Positions 10,594 to 23,716 of a DNA stretch of 64,000 bases are shown piece by piece. The stretch's first letter is position 1. Every line of letters starts with the position of its first letter. The position numbers and the translations under genes are program-made. Under the pieces are notes generated by a model that ran no database searches, was not told the DNA's origin, and worked only from the letters and a program-made list of their open reading frames with translations. Location: positions 2,373,631 through 2,437,630 of the forward strand of contig CM119264.1 in assembly GCA_051294375.1 (NCBI GenBank). The letters run 5' to 3'. The DNA is from Paraspadella gotoi (Eukaryota; Animalia; Chaetognatha).

Positions 10594-12726
10594 ATGGACG
10601 CACTATTTGGGCGACGACCCATCAGCTTGAAATCCCTTTCGGATATCTCGCATTTGTGAGTCAAATTGTATTAGGGCGAGAGAAGCCTTGTTCTATACAT
10701 TTGTTTTAACTTTGAAATAATTCTGATATTTTTTGTTCGACGTCCAGGGAGAAAAGGGTGCAAGTGCATCTGAAGAAGGTCTACGCGACGCTGGCCATAT
10801 CCATGATCACGGCCTGCGCCGGCGCTTACGTGCATCTGTTTACCTCGCTGTTGAGGTGAGGAATAAGCCATAAGGTGATGAGTGACCGAGTAGGTTGCCC
10901 ATGCCATTTTATCCTCCCCCCCCCCCACTTTTTCGTTACAGGCATGGGTTTTTATCGGTTTGTCGGCTGGGTCTCCTGGCGGTCTGGGTCACCCGCATTC
11001 CCCGGCCAATGTCCTCAAGAGAATGGGGCTTCTCCTTGGTTCTCCTTCGTCACCGGTGATTAAGGAAGGGTATTCATACCGAATATGTATAAAATGATAA
11101 AAAGACTACAGAAAATCTAATTGGGAAGAGATAGTGTTAGGCAAAAAGAGGTGCGGGATAATTAAAGAAGTAACCTTTACTTCTTAATTATCCCTCAATT
11201 AAGAAGTAACCCTTTACTTCTTTAATTATCCTCAAAGAATAAAAGGCAGAATAGAATGGGTATAATTTTTTAATAGACCAACAAACATGGTATTATTGAC
11301 AGAGACGAGGTGCAGAGCAGCAATGAAAACCAGGAACAATGGAAACGCTGTTTGAATCAGTAAACGGTTTCTAAAACTGGCCACTCCATCGTCCACGGTC
11401 AATTTTTGGTCATTGTTAATGGCTCGAGGAATAGAAGTGAGAGAGAGAGAGCGACAGAAACAGAGGCACGAAGTTTCTGTTTTAGTTGGTTCGTCGACTA
11501 TTGTTTAAAAAAATGGAAAAAGGACGGAATAGGTTAACAATTTTATACATATATATTTATATATTGAGCAAGCTCAAATAATCAATAAAAGTAAAGTTTA
11601 AAATTATTTTATTTTCATATTCTCTAACATTCACTTAACCATTATTTATTTAAGAGAACTTCTAGTTTTCACCCGTTCCGTCTATTGCTCAATGCTTACA
11701 GCCCTCCCACTTAAGGCTATCAAACATTGTAGCCTGATGATTTTTAGGTTTGATTTTAATTCGGTCTTAGCTAGTGAAGAACTCGTGAGGGACTCGAGGA
11801 TTCTCGGGGGGCGTTTTATATCAAGAGATCGTAAGCGAATGACTTCCACGTTCACCACTTCCTTCAAAGAAAACTTTCGACTTTCTGCCGCCAGGTCTGG
11901 GCCTCGGCCCCCTCATGGAAGTGGTGATCCGCATCAATCCCCAGATCATCGCGACGGCGTTCCTCGGTACCGGCGTCATTTTCGTCTGCTTCTCCTTGGC
12001 GGCTCTCTTCACCAAGAAGCGCCATTTCCTCTATCTCGGAGGGATCCTGATGTCCGGCCTTTCGCTCACCCTCTTCATCTCTTTGGCCAACATCTTCTTG
12101 CGCTCCAAGATGCTCTTCTCGGTAATGGAGGGTTTATAAATAATGAGAGTTACGCCATGACCGATTCGAGATCGAGAGATTCAAAAACTTATCGCGGACT
12201 AACTATAATAAATAAACATTTTCAAGAAACCAGGTTCTCTTGAAATAAATTTATCGAAAACTATTTGACTCCGATAAAAGCTGCAGCCGATGCTAATAAC
12301 ATAACTTTGCTTCTCCCTTACTTGATAGTTTACCCCTATTATGACCGTTGGAAACCATTTAATTTGATGAACAATTCTCTTGTTTAGACATATCGAAAGA
12401 GGAAATACAAAACCACCCGACGATGTTGACGACTCCCCTTTCATTCACCGACTCTCTCAGGTGGAACTTTACCTCGGTTTGACGGTCATGTGCGGCATGG
12501 TCCTGTACGACACCCAACTGATCGTCGAGAAGAGCCGCAGTGGGGACGACGACTTCATCTGGCACTGCGTCGATCTCTTCCTGGATTTCATCAACATCTT
12601 CAGGAGGCTCATGATCATTCTCGCCGACAAAGTAATTTTATACTAATTTTATTTCGATCGTACTTTTGATTTATTAAATTTTTTTAAATATTTTTTTAGG
12701 AGGAAAACAAAAAAAGACGCAACTGA
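10594..12726 (+). CDS. TMBIM6: Bax inhibitor-1 (TMBIM6 family); exon 3 has apparent frameshifts
   Basis: Exons 10594-10655, 10748-10855, 10942-11056, 11895-12121, 12461-12631, 12700-12726: [12 protein letters not shown]...GAYVH, GLGLGPL...[25 protein letters not shown]...[17 protein letters not shown]...[36 protein letters not shown]. Confidence 0.95.
11161..11235. repeat. Two tandem ~38-bp hairpin units in a BI-1 intron
   Basis: ATTA(A)AGAAGTAA-CC(C)T-TTACTTCTT(T)AAT repeated twice; the units differ only in homopolymer lengths. Confidence 0.8.
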
Positions 12727-13447
12727 TTCTGAAGCGCGTCTTGCAATTTTGAAGAAGTTATGCAAAACCCAGTCAAATATTTAGCTTTGGTTGGTATTCG
12801 TGAAAAATGCCAATATTCTTTTAACTTGGGTTCGTGGTTGTGAATTCGTTTTACTGCCACAATTTACTAATTGGACTTTTTTTTCATGTCTTTGTGTATT
12901 TATGCGGACTTCGGTAAAAGATTTTCATCCTAATTTTAACTGATTGTTACCACCGAATTGTAACTAACTGGATTTGGATTTCAATAGAAATACACAATTT
13001 TCTCGGCATTTTCTTTTTTTAATAGAAAACTGCAGAAACAAAACATTCACGATTAAAAATAAATGCCAATTAAATAGAAGCCCGCGAATTGCGTCAATCA
13101 AGAGTATGGTTGCGTAAAAACTAGTCTAACACTAAGTACTACACAAGTCTTTTAAATTAACATCCAGGCTCGAAAAAAAATAATAAAAACAAAAACCAAG
13201 ACAAGTGGCGAATAAAGAAACCAGAGCGTGGGGTAAACGACTAGATGCACGAAGATGAGATTTACTTTAATCTTGGGCGGCGCGAAACGCGGCTGAAGAA
13301 AATGCAAGCCGTTTCTGGCAATCCGCGCCGCAAAATTCGTCGCTAGAGTAGATTTTTGGAAGGTAATGGAATATTACATATCGCTTCCTCACTACCTTAA
13401 GTCCTCAGATCAATAGAGGTTTTTTTTGGGGGAGTAAGATTTTTTCC

Positions 13448-16400
13448 TCAAAAAACGTAGTCTTGAGCGAAGGGTTCTCGCTTGGCCATCTTCTCGATGT
13501 GACGCAAGACGTCTTTTTTAGTGATGACGCCCAAGAGTCGACCGTTGTGAGTCACCAGCACCTGAAAAAAAAAAAAAACAAACACGAACGATGTATAATC
13601 TAGGCTGCACATCTTTAGCTCATGAAAAATCGACTAATAAACTTATAAAGACGTCACCTGTCTTAAACCGAGCTTCCGGAACATGTCTATCACAGTTTCC
13701 ATGGGAGTTTGATCTGTGACCGTAGATGGAGCGAGATCCAGAGATTTCCGCAGCCTTATAATAGAGATAATAGAGATAATATTTTTAAATGCGTTTAAAA
13801 CGTCCGATTTAAAGTTTCATCTTTCACACTCGCCCCTTACCTGAGTGGCGGGGCGGCGCCGACCATCGAAACCGCGGGGACGATGTTGGTAAAGTAAGCG
13901 ATCGACGCCAGCGTCACTTCCGCGCCAAACCCCATCGTCGATGGAGACTTGACGACGCCCTCGGCCGGAGGCGCGGCGCCGCGGGACGTGAGAGCGTCCC
14001 AGGTGGACGGCGCCGCGGCGTGATTGAGAGCGGCGTCGATGGCGAGAAGGAGATCGCGTCGAAGAACGAAACCGACCAGGTATTGAGATTCGCTGAGAAG
14101 GGGGGGGGGTGTTATATATTGAAGAGTTCGATATGAAGGATTAGAAATAAATCTAAATAACAACCCAAAATATTACCGAGAGACGACAACGGGAAAACCA
14201 TTGAACGAATTTGATTTCAGCAAAGTCTGAATGTCCCCGACAGTCATCGTGTCCTATGAGAAGCGAAAAAGAGGAAAAACTCAACTCTCCAAAATTTTGC
14301 AGAATCAAATGGAAAACAAATATCAACTTACCTGAGTAATAACGCTGAGCGTTTCGTGAGTTCCCGGTTTAGGATGCATCACATCGGCGGCGATTGTCTG
14401 CGAAGAAACATATAATAATAATAATAATAATACTACTTCATAATATTTGTCTTTAAAAAGACAAAATTTAAAAGGGAGAATTAATATTCAACCTGATGAA
14501 CGAACTCCTCTTTGGCGTCGAGGTAAGGATAAGCGTTGAGATAAATGTGAGCGTCGTAAATACCCTTCTTTCCGAAAGCGTCGGCGACCCACTTGGAAGT
14601 CATGCACGCCACCTAATGACCACGTCGAGGGTGGAAAAGAAAAAAAATAGTTGTGAAATAGTTTAAATTTTAGTTTTGTAAATATTCAAAAGAATCTATT
14701 TCTTTTACCATAATAGGTATCACGTAAGACAACCCTCCCGTGAGTTCGAACATGATGACAACGAGAGAGACGGTCATTCTCGTGACGCCGCCGAGAGCCG
14801 CCGCCGCGCCCACGAGGGCGTACATGCCGGGAGTGACGCAATTCTGATCCGTTTTGCATTCGGTGCGAAAGACGGACCTGGGATAAGGGAGACGAGAAAT
14901 TTAAAAAAGTTTACAATGAAGATAAATTAACTTACATTAACCTCTAAAGATGCATGCCAGCTATTTCACGCAAGTCGATAGTTGATTCTGATTCAAAACT
15001 TGAGAGCCCTCACCATTCTGGATAAAAAAAGACGAGTTGTTCCATGGCCACGCCCACCATCCGACCCATAATGGCGCCGACGGCCATGTTGGGGATGAAG
15101 AGCCCGGCGGGGACTTTAATGCCGAACGTGAAGACGGTGAGGACGGACTTGAGAACGAGCGCGAGAGACAACTGCCACATGGCCGCAGTGACGCCCGGAC
15201 CCGCCGCCGCCGGCATCACTTTTCCGTTGGCGTTGGTGAAATTCCTGGCGGGGAGAGTGATTCGAGGGTGGGAGTGTGAAAAAAGAGAGCAAGGAGGAAA
15301 AAAAAAACAGGAAAAATTGGGCGAACCTGTTGTAGTCGCAAAGATCGGAGCTGTCCTCCGGTCCGCATTGCTTGAAGAGGAGAGCGATGAGGGCGGAACC
15401 GGATATCCGGGTGTAGCGAAGATGGAAGCCGAAGAAGGCGGTGATGAGCGTCAGGACGAGAACCTCCATTATTGGATATTTGCCTGAGAGAAAAAATCGG
15501 TGTGACTTAATGTATATACTTTAGTTATACAGATTCTCTTCCAGGGAAAAACAACAACAGCAAGACTAACCTAATTTCGACTTTTTCCTGTAGTTGCACC
15601 AAAATAAGTTGGCTTTAAGGAATATCGCGCCCCAAACTCCGCCGAGAATTCCTTAAAAAAAGGAGATGGATTTAGTGAAAACTGATGTGAATAATGTTAA
15701 GTGTACACATGACTTAATCCGTTAGTGTTCACGCAAAATTTATACCAGAACGAAAGTGAACATTTTTTGCTGTTCCCCCAACCCGCCGACTTCACTATAA
15801 TTGTACAATACAAGTGTATACAATGAAGAGCTTACAAACTCACCGAGAAAGATGAAGGGAACGAGTTCGAAAAAAAACCAGGGCATGTCGTAATCGATGT
15901 AGAAAAGAACGAGATGTTTGTTGCCGAAAGGATTGATGGACCGCAAGACGAAGGCGGCGACCAGAGCGCAGAAGAAAGATCTCCAGAGCGTCTGTTAAAA
16001 AAGGAAGAAATAAAATCCGAGTCTCGCAAAGTGAAAGACCCATTCCCACACCTTGAGCGGGAAGTAATAGGAGACTTCCTCCAGGGAGAAGAGAACGCCG
16101 CCGATGGGGGCGCCGAAAGCGACGGAGACTCCGGCGGCGGACGCGGCGCTCAGTATCTCGCGCTTTTTGGCCTCGTTCCTTCCGTACTTGGGGAACATGT
16201 AGGCCAAGACGTTCCCGATGCAGCAAGCTACGTGCACCAGGGGACCCTCTTTGCCCAGGTTGAGCCCGCCGCTGACGGCGAGCATCATGCAGATCGATTT
16301 GATAACGAGCGTCCATTTGCCCAAGTAACCTAGAAATAACAATATTATACAAGTATTAAATATTATATTAACGACGTTAGAGGATAGACATGTTACGACT

Positions 16401-18122
16401 GTGCGCCGATCTTCTCACCCCTGATAATAAACCCGGAGAGAATGGTCTTGATCTCTGGAATCCCAGATGCGCAGGCGTAGGGGGCGAAGAGGCGTACGAG
16501 GGCGACGGCGAGACCGGCGAAGAAGAGCGACCAGAGGATGTAGAAGAGATACTCGACGAGGTAGGCGCCGGCCCCGCGGTCAAAGTGCCCGATGAAGACC
16601 TCCGGCCAGGTGTACCACTCGTCGCATTTGTCGTCCTCGAATTTAGTGTCGTTGGCCGCCCAACAACATTGCTCCTTGTTGAGCCAGAGGGCCCCGAGGC
16701 AGAATCCCTCTTTGATGTCGATCATCCACGTCGCGCCGATGTCGATCACGCCTGGCGGGATAAAGAGGGAGTCGTTTGAAAAAAGTCAAACGCACGAAGA
16801 TTGGGATCATATATGGCAACAGCCGGGTCGCCTGTGATGCCCATTGGGATGGAGCATCTTGTCGGAGACAAATTCGTGCGGACATCGAGATGAAGAACAA
16901 TTTGCTACGAACAATTAAGGAACTGTTCTTCAATACAAATATAAATAATGATTGCTTTTATTTACCCTATTTGCTATTGTTTACTTTTCAGATGTTTACT
17001 TTTCAGATGTTTACTGTTGGCTTTGGGGGCTTCCAACCCTCAGTGACGACTTCTGTCACTGGCGTGGTTACCCTAGGACGGTCTCGTTTGACTGTGGAAG
17101 GAACGCAACGCTTGGGATGATGCGTTTCCCCTCTGAGCCAATGGGATTGGCTGAAAGATGGTGAACGTGAGGCGGTGTGAATATACCGCCACACATACTT
17201 TTTTTTCACTGACCAGCGAAGCAGCCGGCGAAGAGGCCGACCAAAGTGACGCAGACCCAAGCGGAGAGAGAGTCGGCCCAGGCGGCAAGAAAGGAAAGGA
17301 CGCCATCGCGCCGCCGCCCGCGGAGGCTGCGATGTCGAATGCGGTCGCGCTGCACGTCGCGCTGCCAGTCGATCGTGTGAAAGTCGTCGTAGGAAGAGTC
17401 CGTGGGTGGATTCCATTCCAAATCCCCTGCGAGAAAATTTATGGAAAATGGCTACAAGCGCTAACCACTAATCTTTATTCTTTCACATTTTAGAAATCTG
17501 AATAAGATAATAATTAGAATTAATTAAGACTTAAAAAACCTGAGATTCGAACTTCCGTCGGATTTTCTAAAATTTGAGGTCCGGAAACGTCTGAATAAAA
17601 AGAAAATTAAGAATTTAATTTGGATTAAGAATTATGACATGACGTAAATTTGAATTATTGGCAACTTGAAATGAAAATACCGTCGCAGGTGTTTTGCGTT
17701 CCGTCGTCTTGGAGAGGACTTCCTTCGTTATCCTTCTGAGTCGTCATCTATACAATTCATTTGAAATAACAGGTTTGAATAGTGCTGGATTAGTTATTTC
17801 TAAAATATTTTATAAAGGGGAAATAGCTAACTCGAATATTTAAGTCAACCATTTATTTACCTGCATTACTTAGTCAGGACAGAATTTCCAAACTGACTGA
17901 ATTCATTGCATTTTTAACTAATTAGCTCGTGCCTGGAAAATGGAAGAATTTGTTATCGACTAATTACGGCGGGGTGCCGATCATTAATCATTCCAGTTTA
18001 TAACGAATTCAATAAATAAGTAATTATACTTGGTTTCTGGGATTGTCGATCTCTACGTCGGAGAGCGTGGCTTCGTAAGACGAAGGGGCGGGCACCGTCC
18101 TGATGAGACCCGACGACTCCAT
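13448..18122 (-). CDS. CLCN3: ClC-3/4/5-type Cl-/H+ exchanger with two CBS domains
   Basis: Multi-exon; [62 protein letters not shown] region ending [19 protein letters not shown]...YVF-stop (13448). ATG at 18122 (MESSGL...) inferred from in-frame splicing. Orthology within CLCN3/4/5 cannot be resolved. Confidence 0.95.
16803..17197 (-). mobile_element. SINE-like element copy in a ClC intron
   Basis: Shares ordered blocks GTGTGGCG, CCCATTGGCT, CACGCCAGTGACA...GTCACTG..AGG..AAGCCC and AGATGC..GGCATCACA..GCCATA..GATC with 58391-58687; interrupted by an AT-rich stretch. Confidence 0.6.
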
Positions 18123-18960
18123 GACGACAGACGAGGGGCGACGTCGGCGTCCGAATCAAGCGAGATTCCGATCGGGTTCACTTTTGGGTGAAGCGCGTCG
18201 AGTGAAGAGTTGGAAACCGCGACGTTCATCGTCGGCGAATCCAGCCTCGACCCTCGATCCTCATCCTTCGTCGCAGTTTTTAATCTCAATGCGGTTTGAT
18301 TTAATCTCGTAGAAAGTAAACTATCGGAACAACGAAGAATGGAAAGAATATAGAATCCTTATTAGAGCAAAAAGCATTTTTCTTTAGTAACAAAGTATAA
18401 GAGAGCTCCGGGTATTTCGCGTCGCTTCTGGGTTAAGATATGCCTTAAATATATACGGCAAATATAATGTGGGCATTGAAACAATATGTACAGTGCATCG
18501 TGTACAAAAACAAAAGCCTTTGCTGTATTCATCGGGAGTCAGCTTGGAATTCGTCATTCCAAAATCAATTAAAAGGAAAAGAAGATTTAAAAGAAATTTG
18601 AAATGAAATGATTTTTTTTCACTTCTCAGTCTAAGACCCGACTACTCGACTTTATCATTCGAGTCAACGTCGTAAAACTAAAAAAAAAATGAGGGGGGGA
18701 AGCTAATTCATGCAAACGCAAAGGACTAGAGAAACACAAGAATAAGGACGAGGCCTGATTCCGAATGACGCTGAACTGTGCTTTAATTGTTCAAATTGAA
18801 AAAAAGGCGTCCTGATTTGGGGAAAAAAGTCAAGTTTTGAGATTCGCTTCTCTCAACCCCTTTGCTTTGGGAAGGAAGGATGGGGACGATTCAGAAGAGG
18901 GACGGATTTGGTTGCCGTGAGGATGCTAAGTCTAGTGTCTGTCTGTCTCTCTCACTCTCA

Positions 18961-18990
<30 letters not shown>

Positions 18991-18992
<2 letters not shown>

Positions 18993-20628
18993 ACTCGCTA
19001 TCCATATCCTCGGGAGGGTCGTTGTTCCGCTCGTCCAGTCTGACCGGAACTTCAATCGACGACAACGTGGTCGACGCCTCTGGTCTCCCCGGCGTGATCT
19101 CGTTAAATGGGGAAGAGAAGGCTTCCGCCGGCGGCCGCTCGATCTCGTCGCCGCTGCTCAATTCGCCGCCGCCGACGACGCCGCCGCTCGAATCCTCTTC
19201 GCTGGTGAAGACTGATCCCGAGAGAAGCGGCGGCCGAACGCGTTCTGGATGAAATGGACTCGACAGGTCCGAAGTCGACGGTCGATCTCTCTCGATCCGC
19301 GGCGGACGAGCGGCCCCGATTGATTTCTGGATGTCGAAACTGTAATTCTCGTCCTCGCTGGTCTCCGCATCGGGGAGAGGCGGCGCAGCCAGCGGCGCAG
19401 CCAACGGCACGTCGCCCGGCGGAGAGGCGACAGGTTGGAAGGACGAAGAGGAGGATGAGGATAAAACGACGACCGAGGGACAAGACACCAACGAGTTGGA
19501 ACATCGGACGAGAGACGAAGACGTGCAAAGGTTCGACGAATCCGAAGAAAATCGATAAGGAAGAGTCGTCGACGACGAATCGTTAAGACGCAGATCTTCA
19601 GGGGCCAACGATCCCGTCGTCGTCAGCAGCGATCGAGAAGAGGAAGCCAATGGAGACGAAAAAGTCGTGGAAAAGGTCGTCCCCGCCTCCAGATCGAAAG
19701 GCTCGAGAAGTTCGTCGCGGAGCCCCGAAGGAGGAGTGGCAGCCGGTCGAGGATCGCGCGGCGTCGGGGGCTTAGACTCGGGCGAAAAGAGATCGTGGGT
19801 CGGGGAGAGAAGCGGAGGCGGAATGGGGTTGGTGTTGATGACGGATGTGACGGAGGACACGACCAACGACGGCGTCAGCGGCGACGACGTCGAAGGAACC
19901 TCGCCTCCGTCGGACGATGACGGCGTCACGTTCGAGATGACGGGCGCCGTCGACCCCGAACGATCGGCGTCGCGATTCAAATCGTTAACCGGCGCCAAAT
20001 CGTCGCGAATCGTGACGGATTGGATGTAACAGTTGGAATTGGCCGAATCGGGAGTCGCGTTCGAAGATGGCGGCGTCTGAGATGGAGGCGTTTGGGCGGA
20101 GAGGACGCCGGAGCTGGACGATGAGAGCAGAATGGTTGGCGGAGTGCTAGATTGTGGGGACGTTACAGGCTGCGTCGAGAGTCCCGACAGTGATTGGCTT
20201 AACTGAGGAAGTCAAAAGTTCACGATCAATTTAAAAATCATCATTTCCAAAAAAAAAAAAATCAGCATTTACTTCATCGCTCTTCGGCTCGAGGTTTTCA
20301 TCCTCTCTCCGCTGACCGTTCTTCTCGCAAGGAATCAGTACCGACACAGTGGCTGCAGAATCCGTAGCCGCATTCGCCGCCTCCGAAGCCGCGGCTGCAG
20401 CCGCCTCGGAGGAAGCCTTTTCGGCGGCTTTCTTGAGCGCTTTCTCGGCGGCCCGCTGTCGGACGAGCTCCGGGTAGTATTCCTTAAGGCGAACGTGCCA
20501 CGCCAATGAGGAGCAGCCCGCCGTCGTCTTGAACTGATGGACGACGTTGCGAGGAATGAAATAGATGTCGTCGTGGCGCAGGAAAATGTGAGCGTATCTG
20601 CCAAAGTGAAACGACCATGTTAATGAGG

Positions 20629-20677
<49 letters not shown>

Positions 20678-23600
20678 TGACGCCGTCCCGCTTAAGCTGG
20701 TTCAACTTGGCGTCGTCGAGCCAGTTGACGCACTGAGCTACCGGCGGTTCGTGAAGGTCGATCTGTAAGCTGGTCACCAACTCAGTGAAGTTATTGGGGT
20801 CGAAGCAAATGACGTCCTTGCAGACGGAAGGCTCGAAGCGTCGAGTCGGGTCGATCACCTGGCGAAAACAGCGATCAGGTATCTTATTAATATTTTTAAA
20901 AATTCTAATATCTCGTTCGAGCCCAGATCGTTTCCTCCCACCTTGAGCACGCCGACGGCGGCCGTAGTGTGCCGATCGAACCCGGCGCCAACATGGTCGG
21001 CGTGGGCGTTAGTTCGATCCTCGAAGAGAGTCTCGCGCTGAGCGGAAGTTCGAGGGAGATACTGGAGATTGCGAAGTTCGTTGATGCCGCGTTTGCGGGA
21101 CTTGGCGGGCGATCGTGGGTGTTCCGACGAGGGGACCACCTGATCGAGGATTCACAAATAATGAAACAATGAAACGGGCAAATAGGGGAAGGAGCGGGCA
21201 CTCGATAACCGTCTCTGCATCTTTCACCTGTTCCCCGGGTCGTGCCCAAAGAATCGGTCCGTCGTCGCTGCGATACCGCTCCTTGTGCATCCCGACGTCG
21301 TGATAAATGCTGCGGCGCCCCCAGGGCATCACCGCCTTGAGGAACGGTGACGTCTCGATGATGTCCAGGTATTCGGGAAAGTAGTCGCCCACCTCCTCGT
21401 GCGCCGTACCAACCAGCGACACCTGCATCAGCGGGCCCGCGCGGAAGGTGCCGTAGGACCAGGAGTTTTGACACTGGGTGGGGAGAAGTAGGTTAGTGGG
21501 TTGCTGATGGACTGACGATTTAAGTTTGCATTGAAACGTAAGTTCAATGAGTCCCGAATCACCTGCTCCAGGAAATCGGCGATGGTGGTTGACTTGACGT
21601 CCACCTTAGAGAGGAGGCTGCCCTGCTTGATGTTGAGCGTGGGTCGCGTCTCGGCGAAAAACTCGATGGGGTCGTCGATGTGTCGCGCGGCGTCGTGGAC
21701 GATGGACATGACGAACGAGGCGGCGCCCTCGCGGCGGTGCTCGCCGTAGGCCTGACGAAGAATGAAATTCAGGGTTTAACGACGAAAATTTACTTAGCTT
21801 TTTTAGTTTTACAATTGTTTACTCCTTAAATTAATGTTATTATTTTTTAGTATTAAACAGAAATGCGTCTTTGCAAAGACGCAAAAAAAAAAATCGGAAG
21901 ATGAAAGAATTTACTACTTGAAAATTACAGCTGCCTTACTATAAACTAAACTCACCAGATCAAACCACTCGTCAACCAATTCCTTCATCTCCTCTTTGGA
22001 AACCCCCGCTTTCTTTATCTCGTCCCAATAAGCGTGCAAGACCTTCCCGCCGCCCTGAGGACATTTTTCTTCGTAGAAAAACTTGGCGAACTTGAGCTGG
22101 CGCCACTTGGAGGTTTTGGCGAGGGGCTTCATGGTGGAAGAGTTGCCCAACGAGGAGCCCACGTGATGCAGCGTCGGCAGGGAGTCCAGCTTAATTTTTT
22201 TGGGCGGAGATTCCGTCGGGAGCCACGAGGACGAAAGGTCCGTTTGCACTCCTTTTGAGCTCCGGTGACGGTGACTTCCGGCGCTAGAGTGATGACTGCT
22301 CTTGTGCCGATGATGATGACGATCCTTGTCCAAGCTGGAGTGTTTCGACGATTTGTGCGAGGAATGATGTCGGTGCGACGACGACGAGGACGACGACGTG
22401 CGATGATGAGTTTTGTCAGTCTTATGCTCGGACTTGTGCTCCTTGTGTTCCGACTTGTGTTCCGACTTGTGCTCCTTGTATTCGGTCTTCTTCTTGAAGC
22501 TTTTGTGGGTCGAAGGATGAAGCTTTCCATGTGACATTTCCGACGATGACGACGACGCCTGCTTGGATGAGCTCGTGACATTTCCTTTTGCTGCCATCTT
22601 CTCCTTGATTCTCCGCATGGATTCCTCCATAGAAAGCAAAGGTTTCTTCGCCTCTTTAGCCGTTTCGGACTGAACTGGTGGAGTCTGCTCTTTCTCCATT
22701 TTTACTTGGGATTCCTCGGAGACGTCAGAGATTCCGGCGACAACCTCTGTTGTGGACGGCGCTTCCTGAGTGGTCCCCGTTTCAGCGCGGACTTTCTCGA
22801 CGTATTTGTCTTTTAAAGGAAGATCCTTTTTCTCTATTCGACCCGTCTCTTTGCTCCTGGACTTGTGCTTTTCGTCAAGTTTGGAAGAAGACGGCGAAGT
22901 CGCCGAGTGAATAGTCTTCAATGCATTTTCTCCAGAATTTAAGATTTTGTCGCCAGATTTAGTTTTAGTGACGGAGCTTTCTCGATGACTCTTCTCGCTC
23001 TTGTCTTTTTTCTTTTCCTTTCTGGTGACTTCGCCGTTAGTCGGCTTGAGTTCGGACGGCCGCTTATCACCAGTCGAGTGAGACTTGTGTCCGTGATTGT
23101 CTTTGCGGTCGCCATTGTCTTTTGGCCGCTTAGCCTTTTTCTCAACAGAGAGGGCGTCCCTCTCCATGTCCAATGACTTTGGTTTGTCAGGTTTGTCTAC
23201 CTTCATCCCTGCCGCGGTGGCAGTGTCGGCGGGTTTCGAAGTTTTGGGCTTGGATTCAACCTTGATCTTTTTAGGGGCGGGGCCGACGCCGTCGGACTGG
23301 GTGATGCCACTCTCTCCGCCATTGAGTCTCCGCTTTTCATCGTGATGCTTAGAATGATGAGAGTCTTTGGAGCTCTTGTGAGATTTGAGGTGGTGAGGAC
23401 GCCCTCCGTGGTCTCTCTTAGTTCCTGAGGATGACGACGACGACGACGACGACGAAATTTCTTTTTTTACCAAAGTTTTGGGGTTGGCGTTGGATTTGGC
23501 GTCGGCGTCGGAGTCGGCGGCGACCGTCTTGTTCTCGCAGGTTTTTTCGTTGGCGTTGTTGTCAGCTTCCGGTTTGGAAGGCGGGCAGGATTCGCTCGCG

Positions 23601-23716
23601 GTTTCCACGAGGACGGGCGACGCTAAATTCGGCGATGGAGGAACCTCGTCGGCAACGGCATCGTTGGGGGCCATGGCCGCGGAGCCGTCGTTGAGTCCCG
23701 TCGTTGGCTCCACCAT
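18991..23716 (-). CDS. RSBN1: RSBN1/RSBN1L (KDM9-type lysine demethylase family) with long low-complexity N- and C-termini
   Basis: Core motifs [123 protein letters not shown]. Last exon (~20203-18991) is in frame with the 335-aa S/P-rich ORF. Confidence 0.93.

Noticed and set aside
18100-18130. CTGATGA hammerhead-like core
   Set aside because: No properly placed GAAA or stems; lies antisense within the first ClC coding exon.
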